Below the pieces are notes generated by a model that was not told the origin of the DNA, ran no database searches, and worked only from the letters and a program-made list of their open reading frames with translations. DNA of 64,000 nucleotides, from the IMG/VR virus record IMGVR_UViG_3300048591_000147, positions 62,001 to 126,000 of that record. One strand, written 5' to 3'. Below are positions 52,261 through 61,727 of the stretch, one piece after another (the first letter of the stretch is position 1; each line of letters begins with the position of its first letter). Made by a program: the position numbers and the translations under genes.

Positions 52261-52308
52261 CCGACCTCCAACCCATTTTATACTAACCAACCTGAACAGA
52301 GTCTGAAT
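52261..52308 (-). repeat. dispersed element copy (minus strand)
   Basis: CCGACCTCCAACCC-ATTTTA followed by two CTGAA boxes. Confidence 0.85.
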
Positions 52309-53541
52309 GATAAGTGATTGATTCTGTTACAAAATAGTTGTTGACAGCCAAACAATTGTCAGGCATCATAGCACCATACTGAATCGGAACACGATCATGA
52401 ACGAGGGCACAAGCCGAAAGGTGTTGAAACTGGCCGAACAGAATTATGTTGCGCTTTTGCAACATCCTCATGATAATTGGCGCATTCGCAATCAGCGTAC
52501 ATTATGTGATGCTCGTGAACTGGTGTCCATATTGACTGGCGAGACTGGTCAGGAAGTGCAAGATCGTTTCGAGAATGTGCTTTGGGATGTTCATGAGCTT
52601 TGCGATATGTTGAATAGGAAAGTATGATATGAGCGAACCGCTTAAAGATTGGGAAACATTCACCCATACACTATCAACTGGCACCACTGTTGTGGCTGGT
52701 CTTTGCCATGATACTGGCGATTTCGGTGCAGAATTTTCAAAAGATGGTGTAGAAACTCTGAAATTTTCTTTGTCTGATGAAGCGGTAGAAGTGTTGATTC
52801 AGCTTTGGATCAACCTCAAATATGGTAAAGGTATTACCGAAGGCAAATTCTATGATGTTGCATTCGACTTGGTTGAATGGGTGAAACCGAAATGAACATG
52901 ATCAAAGAAACACGTAAAATACCGCTGAACGAATCGAACGAATTATGTCCGATTGCATATATAAAGCCCATTGCTGGGGAATATTTCGATACTGCATCAA
53001 TCGGCTATGAATGGGGCTATGGGCTGGTATTGGTCTGGCAGCGTCCAGAAACCCAAGCCGAAATGGATGCACGTTTGGCAAGGTCTGCAAGGACCAAAGA
53101 GAATACACGCTTGAACATGCTTGAACAAGTGGCTGCAATCGAAAAGCGAATTGCAAAAGATCAACAAAAATTGCAAAACGTGAAGAAAACCATTGCGGAC
53201 CACTATTCCGAGTGATATAATTCATCCATACTGAAATGGAGCAGAACGATGGACCCGGATTTCACAATCAGTGTCAGCGATGCTGCGGTGCATGTGCATT
53301 ATAAACCGTGGACGATGATTTATAGCAATGAGGATTTTGATCGGGTGAGTCGTCTTTCAAGTGATCTTCTTGCTACTGGTAAGCTCAATTATCAGCAATG
53401 CTTGACGCTTGCAAACGTGGCGATCAAGACTGCCAACCAGAATTCTGTGAAGCATGACCCAACCATGAGTCACATGATGATGTTCAGCAACGATTCAGGT
53501 AAGTAGAGTATAATTCATCCATACCAACTAGGGGACAAGTC

Positions 53542-54408
53542 ATGCGAACTGACATTCATCGTAAAGGTGCTATCGTTCCCGCTGATTACAGCTATGTGAT
53601 GAGCTACAGTCTGTCCACAAGTCAGGATGGCTGGCCCGTTCCGTCATACAATGTCAATTGCATCATTGACACGCATCATACCAAGACCACGCATAGTGGC
53701 AACTGCTGCCTGATCGGGATGTTCAGCGATCCCACCAAAAAGTTTGCAAAGCATGGTAGCACTGGTAAGTGCACCATCTGTGGTGCTGCATACGTCTATG
53801 GTGACGTGTGGCAGCATGGTCCCACTGGTGAATACATCCATGTTGGGCACGATTGTGCGGACAAAATGAATTCTCAGGACCGTCGCGCTTTCGAGCATGG
53901 TCGTGTGAAGTACATCAATGGGCAGATCAAGCTGGCACGGTTGGCAAAGTTTTGTGAAGAAAATGAGGGCATGAAGCTTGTGTTCTCCTGTGCTGACAAA
54001 AATCATATCATCGCTGATATGCGTTCCAAGGTCATGGAATGGGGCAACTTGTCCGAAAAGCAGATTGCTTTTGCAAAGAAATTGGCCGATACCATCCTCA
54101 ATCCTGCGCCCACTGAGGACGAACCAGAACCGCTTCTGCTGAAGGATGGTCGTGGGGAATATACTGGTCGCTTCGTAGCATTCAAATCCAGTGAAGGCCC
54201 GTATGGTTACGTCATGAAGGGGTTGTTTATCGTAGTGCAGGATGGTAAGCAAGCCAAGGTCTGGATGACTGTCCCGAGTGGCTATGGCGATGAAAAGAAT
54301 GTGGAAGCCACCATTGTAGTGGCATTGTCCAAGGGTGACAAAGCTGGATTCTACTTCGGGAATCGCCCCAAGCTGTTGAAAGTGCTTGACACCGTAGAAT
54401 GTAATTGA
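53542..54408 (+). CDS. hypothetical protein with Cys/His motifs
   Basis: C.ICG, HVGHDCA and LSEKQIAFAKKL; tandem-TTCAG promoter at 53484. Confidence 0.75.
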   Translation: MRTDIHRKGAIVPADYSYVMSYSLSTSQDGWPVPSYNVNCIIDTHHTKTTHSGNCCLIGMFSDPTKKFAKHGSTGKCTICGAAYVYGDVWQHGPTGEYIHVGHDCADKMNSQDRRAFEHGRVKYINGQIKLARLAKFCEENEGMKLVFSCADKNHIIADMRSKVMEWGNLSEKQIAFAKKLADTILNPAPTEDEPEPLLLKDGRGEYTGRFVAFKSSEGPYGYVMKGLFIVVQDGKQAKVWMTVPSGYGDEKNVEATIVVALSKGDKAGFYFGNRPKLLKVLDTVECN

Positions 54409-54965
54409 TATGATAGTTTCACACTGAATGAGGGGCACGAAATGGCGATGAAGCTCTGGCGGTTGGATATGACTGATCATGAACATAACGATCATTACCA
54501 AGATGGCTGTCACAATTACGCCGATGGACATTATGTCATCGCTGAAACTGAAGCCCAAGCGCGTGCGATGATTGATGATCCCCGAACACCCGGAGTATGG
54601 GGAAATCCCGAATATTCTGCATGTGAAGAAATTGACATGACCGAACCACGGTATCTCACTTGCGAATATGATGTTCACTAATTGGAGAAAATACAATGCT
54701 TATCACCCGAGTTTCCCCGTGGAACGGTAAAGTAAATGAGCGCGATCTCCCTGTTACGGATGCACAGATGGAACGCTTCGCGAGGCGTGAAGATCACATT
54801 CAGAACATTTTTCCCGATCTGAGTGCTGGTGACCGCGAGTTCATCATGACCGGATACACTGAACAGGACTGGGACGAGTTGTTCCCAGAGGATGATGATG
54901 AAGCATAACTGAACGAACCCTGAATGATCTTCAGTGTTCTTCTTTACATCTATAACATAATATAG

Positions 54966-54986
54966 TAAAATGGGTGCGTGGTCGGA
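54966..54986 (+). repeat. dispersed element copy
   Basis: TTTACA-N17-TAAAAT-GGGTGCGTGGTCGGA. Confidence 0.88.
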
Positions 54987-55073
54987 GGGAGTCGAACCCT
55001 CTAGGTGATCAAGCCTTGTCTCCGTAAGCTGCACATTCAAGTGCTGTGCGAATCAACACACGCCATCTAGCCC
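54985..55073 (-). pseudogene. degenerate class-II tRNA lacking its 3' acceptor strand
   Basis: GGGCTAG start, D-like, anticodon-like (CTTGAAT) and variable arms, GAGGG-TTCGACT-CCCTC T arm, then the repeat element. Confidence 0.5.
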
Positions 55074-55079
55074 ATATAA

Positions 55080-55229
55080 TCAATCAACCTGTTCAATCCT
55101 GACATATGCTTCTTTTTCGTAGTCGTACATTGCGAATGCGTCGTACCGTGGGCCGATCATGATCTTATCATAATCCGCATCTGCTGGCAACATTCTGATC
55201 AACTCAGCCAGACTAAACTCTCTACTCAT
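55080..55229 (-). CDS. small acidic protein (49 aa)
   Basis: MSREFSLAELIRMLPADADYDKIMIGPRYDAFAMYDYEKEAYVRIEQVD; in the minus-strand operon. Confidence 0.55.
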   Translation of the reverse strand: MSREFSLAELIRMLPADADYDKIMIGPRYDAFAMYDYEKEAYVRIEQVD

Positions 55230-55404
55230 TCGCTTTATGATAGTGCGGTTTGCCATTTCAGGTTCTCGTTACGCATCTTTGCATCCTCATCCGCAGTCCA
55301 TTGGCATGCCCATGAACTATACGCATGTACTTCAGCATCGTCAACATTGAAAACACACCATAGTGCTGTGTCTTCATCGTAATCGGCATAGTACGGACCA
55401 TCGT

Positions 55405-55605
55405 TCATTCTTCTACTCCACACGCCTTGATGAACTTCGCTTTATCGAAATTCGGATTGGTGGCTGCTAAATCATCAGCCAATCCCGGAATGAAATTAAA
55501 ATCAAACTGGTTGAGGAAATTTCCAGAACCGTATCGGGTTATGCCTGTGCGCACTGCTGACATCTGCAATGCAATAAACTCGAAGTGTTGCCGACTCATC
55601 TTCAT
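55405..55605 (-). CDS. small hypothetical protein
   Basis: MSRQHFEFIA...NPNFDKAKFIKAC; AGGA RBS. Confidence 0.7.
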   Translation of the reverse strand: MKMSRQHFEFIALQMSAVRTGITRYGSGNFLNQFDFNFIPGLADDLAATNPNFDKAKFIKACGVEE

Positions 55606-55628
55606 GATATATCCTATTGATCTAAAAA

Positions 55629-55785
55629 GGAAGGGGCTGGCAGGATTCGAACCTACTAGTATCTCTCGCCTTGTAAGGTGAGCGCAAAACTGTCCATCAG
55701 TCGGAAAGATCCCTCATTATGCTATGAGTTATCATATCGAGTAGAACGTGATCAGCGCCCTACTGTTTCCTCCGACATCAGCCCC
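55629..55785 (-). ncRNA. 153-nt tRNA-mimic RNA (acceptor stem + T arm + large internal domain)
   Basis: GGGGCTG/CAGCCCC stem, GTAGG-TTCGAAT-CCTGC T arm; own tandem-TTCAG promoter at about 55831-55805. Confidence 0.65.
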
Positions 55786-56265
55786 GTTGTTGAGATGAAC
55801 TATACCATAGTTACCTGAACACAAGCTGAACAAGACATTCAGGAATCATTCATATTAGTGTGGTATAATGCGCCGAAATCATCAAGTACGCTACAAAGAC
55901 CCGGAGAATACAAATGTCCAATAATTTTGTCTATCGTGTGATGCGCAATGCTGACAGCACCGAAGGTCGTGGCCCCATGATCTATGTCGTCACATTCGAA
56001 ACCTTTGCTGCTGCAAATGCCTACGTCATGCACAAAGGTTCGCCATATGGTCACAAACTCACCGCTTCTCGCAACACAGACGGTGATAAATGGTCGTATG
56101 ATGGGTGGTATGATGTTCACAAGGATGAAGTGTTGCAAGAGTATGACATCGAACAAGTGAAAAAGAACCTAGCAGAATTGAGGCAGATTGAAGAGCGTGC
56201 AGCAGTCTTGCGCGCACTGACCAAGCTGTAATATACTACCAATCCAACATTAGAGAATTACACAA

Positions 56266-57003
56266 ATGAGTGAAATGATCGCCTTTCCATCCATCGAATC
56301 TTTGCGCCATGTTGTCAAAGGCACGGAAATTCGTTGCAAAATCAATAACTTGCAGTTGCCCAAGGTCGAGTACATTGGCACTGTCAAGCTCCATGGCAGC
56401 AATGCGTCTGTGCGATTCACTGCGGATGGCCAGATCATCCCACAATCTCGCAACCGTGTGCTGAGCGTTGGCGATGACAATTTCGGCTTTGCCGCATTCG
56501 TTGAAAAGAACAAACCACTTTTCAAGCATTTCCAAGACATCATTCCCGAAAATGAATTCACAGTTTACGGTGAGTGGTGTGGTGGTAGTGTTCAACCCAA
56601 GGTAGCATTGGAGCAATTGGAAAAGCATTTTGTCATCTTTTCCATCTTGATTGATGGTGTCATGTGCCCAGTGGTGCTGGGTGGTGATGTGTTTGTCTGG
56701 AATGAAGCTGGAATCTGGTGTGTCAGTCAAATTCCAACGTATAAGATCACAGTCGATTTCAGTCGTCCAGAAGATGTGGTTGATGAACTGACCGGTCTTA
56801 CCATCGCTGTAGAAAAGGAATGTCCATGGGGTAAATTCCGTGTGCAGAAGGATTTCAACAATACTTGCACCATTAACAATGGTAATATCACATGGGATAA
56901 TGATATTGCGGATTGCAAACTAAAGGATGAAATAGAATCAAAGATTATCCGATATGTCCAAGCAAATAACTTGCTTAGTAAGAGAATTACCATTTCTGTT
57001 TGA
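56266..57003 (+). CDS. rnlB: RNA ligase 2 family, N-terminal fragment
   Basis: FPSI..LR, motif I KLHGSN, QSRNR, DN.GFA and GEWCG; conserved part ends after ECPWGKF. Confidence 0.8.
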   Translation: MSEMIAFPSIESLRHVVKGTEIRCKINNLQLPKVEYIGTVKLHGSNASVRFTADGQIIPQSRNRVLSVGDDNFGFAAFVEKNKPLFKHFQDIIPENEFTVYGEWCGGSVQPKVALEQLEKHFVIFSILIDGVMCPVVLGGDVFVWNEAGIWCVSQIPTYKITVDFSRPEDVVDELTGLTIAVEKECPWGKFRVQKDFNNTCTINNGNITWDNDIADCKLKDEIESKIIRYVQANNLLSKRITISV

Positions 57004-58006
57004 TAAAGGTATATTCATTATACTGAATTTCATCAGGATGGCGCAACAATCGTTTAATTGTCTTATCATTGGCTCCAAGTTTGGTAAGAAACTTCCCAAT
57101 GCTGATAATGGTAAACTCGCTATTATCAGCATTGTTTTTTACTATGTACTTGTTTGATGATAATGGAGCATATTCACCGCTGACGAATCTATCATCTAAT
57201 ACTGACATGCGACATACTTGATTGTTTATATTTCTAACAGTCATCATTTTCTGGCGCATATTACTCAATTTCTGTTTTGTTTCTTCTGAATGTTTCATGC
57301 CTTTATTATGATGCTTGAATATTTCACTAGAATACTCAGAAGTTTTGATTCTACATTTGTTACCACGCACATCAAATACAGTAACATATCCTTTGGAATG
57401 TCCTACAAGATTAGGATTACTTGCAAATTCAGAATTATTAACCAATATCTTGTTGCCGCTTGTGATATCTAACGCCACAACCTTGTTAGTATTACACGGT
57501 ATCATATATGAACTATCAAAGTCTTCACTCGTTATCTGCCGTATGATACCGTTATTGGTATCGAACACTTTGAATTTACCTTTGGTAATACCAACATACC
57601 CATCCGTAGACTCACCAGTTTTAACTATCTCCGGTTTCATGGTAGTTGTGTTCAACATCAATCGATTATTCTTGTTCCTACTATGCTGAAGACTGCATGA
57701 AAATCCTCTAGAAGTTTGTTTTGCTTTATTATAGAATGATGGGTTAGTATCTACATTGAATCTTTTATGTAAACGAATCTCCAAGTTCAATGCTTTAGTT
57801 TTTTCTGTAGTTGTGTATAGTACAATATATTTGTAGTGTGATCTATTGGTTAATTGATCTTTTACAAATTCTTTGTCCTTGGATGATGAAAAATATTTAA
57901 CTCCCAAGTCATTGACAGGTAACACATTTGATGGTATGCTTCTGTATCCATAGTAATGTTTACCAAGTAATTTATTGGTAATGCGATACACATAATAAAT
58001 TCTCAT
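56987..58006 (-). CDS. GIY-YIG homing endonuclease inserted antisense in the RNA ligase 2 gene
   Basis: YYVYRITN...HYYGYRS, YFSSS, FYN.A and HSEETKQKLS; TATAAATA at 58068-58075 (minus strand). Confidence 0.85.
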   Translation of the reverse strand: MRIYYVYRITNKLLGKHYYGYRSIPSNVLPVNDLGVKYFSSSKDKEFVKDQLTNRSHYKYIVLYTTTEKTKALNLEIRLHKRFNVDTNPSFYNKAKQTSRGFSCSLQHSRNKNNRLMLNTTTMKPEIVKTGESTDGYVGITKGKFKVFDTNNGIIRQITSEDFDSSYMIPCNTNKVVALDITSGNKILVNNSEFASNPNLVGHSKGYVTVFDVRGNKCRIKTSEYSSEIFKHHNKGMKHSEETKQKLSNMRQKMMTVRNINNQVCRMSVLDDRFVSGEYAPLSSNKYIVKNNADNSEFTIISIGKFLTKLGANDKTIKRLLRHPDEIQYNEYTFIKQKW

Positions 58007-58020
58007 CTAGGACTCTCCAT

Positions 58021-58470
58021 ATGCAAATTTGTATAACGAAAATTGATGAAACTCCCGTCAACATACCTATTTATAGCTTTTCCAATTTTATCGGTGAAGG
58101 CATTGTGTGGGCACCAGTGGATAACAGCCTACCATTTGAAATGTGGTTCAAGACCAAGGGCTTGGAGCATAAGAAGGGAGCGAAGGCACCAAAGGTTGAA
58201 GTGGCCCCAGAAGTCATGCAGACGCAACGTGAGCTAGCAGAAAAGCTGTTGCCTGACTGGCGGTTGGAACAAGGTATCAGTGTCCTGCGCGAGCGTGGGT
58301 TGGATATTGAGCCCAAGAATATTGGTGTATATCTACAGTGGATCAGTGAAGACATTCTGAAAGAGGAACAGGATGTGATGGCTGCAAATGGTGTGGAGTG
58401 GAAAAAGATCAATCCTATCGTACTCCAACGTGCTCGCCAGCACATTCTGGAACTCTGTAAGAAGTTCTGA
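58021..58470 (+). CDS. rnlB: RNA ligase 2 family, C-terminal fragment
   Basis: Motifs IV and V: IGEGIVW, WFKTKG; AGGA RBS upstream. Confidence 0.75.
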   Translation: MQICITKIDETPVNIPIYSFSNFIGEGIVWAPVDNSLPFEMWFKTKGLEHKKGAKAPKVEVAPEVMQTQRELAEKLLPDWRLEQGISVLRERGLDIEPKNIGVYLQWISEDILKEEQDVMAANGVEWKKINPIVLQRARQHILELCKKF

Positions 58471-59738
58471 TTCAGCAACCATTCAGGATGGATAGGCTAT
58501 CATGCTATCCATCCTGAACACATAGAGAAATCCGATGTATATCGTACTGGAACGCGAAGTAGATCACGACGGGGAGAGTGGTAACAATCGTTGTCTAGGT
58601 GATACGTTTGGCCCATTTGCCACATATGAGGGGGCGTCAATATTCGCTGACTACAAGTCCGATCTCTCATCCAACAAAACCATTTGTGGTCAACATTACA
58701 TGGACTATTGTGTAATTGAACTGACCCACCCAAAGGTAGACTGAAATGACTGACCTGACCGATCTTGACTATGCTTTCATTCTGTGCTTCAAACAGTGCA
58801 ACCATGACAATGCTACGCTGTTGCGCAGGTTGATGGCTGAACAGGCTGAATGGGCAGGCATACCAGTCAGTTCCATTGGTGTCAATGATGTTGCATACAT
58901 GATCAATGGGACCGTGGCACGTCTAGGGATTCTCAGTGATTATTACAAAATCCATCGCTGGTATGATGGTATGCGAACGGATGCACTGTCCAACCAGATT
59001 TCTGGCTACAATCCCATGAATGCTATCTTTGATGAACTGGAAACGCCAGATCATTATAAGGTATTGGCAGAGTTTTACATTCGCCACATTCTGAGCTTTG
59101 CAGATGCCATCCGATGGACAATGGCCAAAGACATTCCCGGTCTGGCTGAATATCGTGAAGCTCACAAGGAAAAATATCCTATCCGAGCACTTGACAAACT
59201 TGTGGATGCTGATAGTATTACATCACACAAGCAAGAGCAGGCATCATGAAACTCCAACATTGGACCACCTACGAAAGAAAGCCTGCCGTATCTATTGACA
59301 GGGATGATGGTGTGTATGTTACTACCATATACGGCGAAAAAGGTGCCGATGATCTGTTGAAGCTGGCTGCCATCCTGTTGGTTGAACACATGCACGCAAA
59401 TGGAGTAAGATAATGTTTCCACCGATGGTCTTGATAGCTGTTCTTTGTGTCAGTCTATTCTTTCTTGGCGTATGGATGGTAAAGCTCAAGAATGACGATG
59501 GCGCTGAACGGCTGGAATCCAAAAACGTAATTTTATTCTCCGCACCACTGTTGTTTTTCTGCAACGGTGGTGTTGTTTTTATGCCACACCAACAAAATAA
59601 TACCACATTTCTGAGACAATTGCTTTAACAATCAATGACATAGCATCACAAAACATCTGCAATATTGTTGTTGACAGTGCTCTGTAATGGTGTATAATAC
59701 ATTACATCAACCAGCAACTACACTCAAAGGACCAGACG

Positions 59739-60134
59739 ATGAACAAGTCAGTCAGCAGCAATCTCCACTCACCTGAGAATAAGCTGTTCGGTTTGAACCT
59801 TCGTCTGAGCGATGGTAAGACCTATCATATCCCAGTGTATGAGCGAAATGTGCGAACCCACAATGGTGGTGTAGCATACACCTTCAACGTGCTGGAACGT
59901 TCCAGTACGAATCATCACAACATCATCTTCACCAACATGGTTGGATCATTCTCACCGTGCCACGCATGTGATGGTGACGATGCAAAGCGTCAAGTGTTGG
60001 AACATCTGGCAATGAAACCGGGTGACACTGACGATGAATTCTTCGAAGGATATTCGAAAGAACAATTGGATTTTGTCGATGACTTCAGCGATGAAATCAA
60101 GACGCTTGCTTGGGATCGCTACGGAGAAGGTTGA
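59739..60134 (+). CDS. hypothetical protein
   Basis: Own sigma70 promoter and AAGGA RBS. Confidence 0.75.
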   Translation: MNKSVSSNLHSPENKLFGLNLRLSDGKTYHIPVYERNVRTHNGGVAYTFNVLERSSTNHHNIIFTNMVGSFSPCHACDGDDAKRQVLEHLAMKPGDTDDEFFEGYSKEQLDFVDDFSDEIKTLAWDRYGEG

Positions 60135-60359
60135 ATCGTCTAGGGATCATGGGGGGTTGGGTGGCTGAAGATGCCCAACCCCGAATTGTATCACAGCCAA
60201 CCTGAACGGTAGCTGAATGAAATAATCATGTGACAACCTGTTACAATCCTGTGCGGTGTCAGGATTAAGGAAAGTCAACAACCAGCATCATACTCCAATC
60301 GAATTGAGAGCACAAGTAGAAAATATCAGCCGTGCTGAATCTTACTTGTAAGATAATGC

Positions 60360-60403
60360 TTGACGTATAAACAATTATAAGGTAAAATGGGTGCGTGGTC
60401 GGA
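60360..60403 (+). repeat. dispersed element copy
   Basis: TTGACG-N17-TAAAAT-GGGTGCGTGGTCGGA. Confidence 0.9.
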
Positions 60404-60825
60404 GGAAGTGGTGCACAAGATGTGTGGTAAAAATACAACACATTTGTTCAGCTAGCATTCAGCTTCATACTGTATAATTGTTTTATCAAATAAGGAGAGC
60501 GGTCATGGATTGGAAGTATTCGATGCTCGGTATCTGGCACATTGGCACCATGTGTGGGATTGACAAGGGCCGTACAGCTAGCATTGAAGTCCATGGCAGT
60601 GGTGAAGCTGACACGGGTGGCTTTTGCATGCTCAACCGTTTCCCGAAGATCGGTGACAAAACCATTGGCCATTGGTCCATTGAACGACTCTACTGCGATT
60701 CACTGGAAAAAGCCAAGACGATTGGTCGCCACTGGGTGGAGAATGGCATCCTCTAAAGCCGATTTGTTCAGCCAGCGTTCAGGTTGATCCCGTATAATAC
60801 AATTCAACAACAACGGAGAGCGAAC

Positions 60826-61182
60826 ATGAACCCCATCGAACAATATGGCAACGTGGTTTCCGGTATCCTCGCCACCACGTATCCGAAGCCTGATGCAGTC
60901 GTAGGTGATGAGGCAACCATCCTGAATGGTCGTGATCGTGAACCCGCCAAGATCGTCGAGATCATCCGTCGAAAGGATGGCCGCAAGATCATCGGTTACT
61001 TGCTGCAACAATTCAAGTGGACCATGGACTCGGAGTCTGAAGGCTACGCCAAAGAGATCCACTGGGACCAACCGTCAGGCGAGCCAAGGGTTTATGCGGT
61101 GGTCACCCATGGTAAGCTGAAGGGCACGGTGAAAGGGGCTTACATTGGCAAGGCAAACCCCTTCTATGACCGATCATTCTAA
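60826..61182 (+). CDS. hypothetical protein
   Basis: Tandem-TTCAG promoter at 60767, GGAG RBS, terminator at 61187-61216. Confidence 0.75.
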   Translation: MNPIEQYGNVVSGILATTYPKPDAVVGDEATILNGRDREPAKIVEIIRRKDGRKIIGYLLQQFKWTMDSESEGYAKEIHWDQPSGEPRVYAVVTHGKLKGTVKGAYIGKANPFYDRSF

Positions 61183-61186
61183 CGGA

Positions 61187-61216
61187 AGAAGCGCCCTTCG
61201 GGGCGCTTTCTTTTTT
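61187..61216 (+). terminator. intrinsic terminator
   Basis: AGCGCCC-TTCG-GGGCGCT followed by a T run. Confidence 0.8.
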
Positions 61217-61230
61217 GCCCAACGATGCTT

Positions 61231-61278
61231 CCGACCTCCAGCCCATTTTAGCATATCATTCCTGAACGCATGATGAAT
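61231..61278 (-). repeat. dispersed element copy (minus strand)
   Basis: CCGACCTCCAGCCC-ATTTTA followed by CTGAA and ATGAA boxes. Confidence 0.85.
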
Positions 61279-61727
61279 GGGGTATCCATCTGGGTGATCT
61301 TCCCATTTGGAACCCCATTCAGGTACAGATGTTCGCGGTTCCCCCAACATCACTCTATCAGTCTGTCGATAGAGGTACTTCATAATCATTATTTTTTTAT
61401 ATTCCTAATTTATAGTGGTTCGTCCAGTCAAAGACTGTTACCTTAGTCAGGTCCAAGTCATGTTCTATGCCCTCCATTCTGTCTTTAGTGGGTTCATTTA
61501 TTACATTTTAGGCGAGTATCGCAGACTATGTAAGTTTGATTAGAGGTTAGAAGACACTTTCTCCTTGGTGGGTGTGTGTGTTGCTTTAGTGTGGAGCCAG
61601 TATGACACCATCAAGCTGAACGGTTGCTGAACAAATTGTAATGTAAATCGTTGATTTCGTTACAATTCAGTGCTTGACTGCATAACATAATAGGTCTATT
61701 ATTCAATCATACCAAGTGGAGAACGAC

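Noticed and set aside
41405-54696. Minus-strand ORFs 41405..42295, 47016..47660 and 53644..54696
   Set aside because: Fully overlap better-supported plus-strand genes
55629-55785. Call as tmRNA (ssrA)
   Set aside because: Too short, G3:C70 instead of G3:U70, no tag-like reading frame and no encoded CCA
56840-58090. Group I intron in the RNA ligase 2 gene
   Set aside because: Only about 140 and 80 nt of AT-rich flank surround the antisense ORF, with no recognisable P3/P7 core; RT-PCR would settle it
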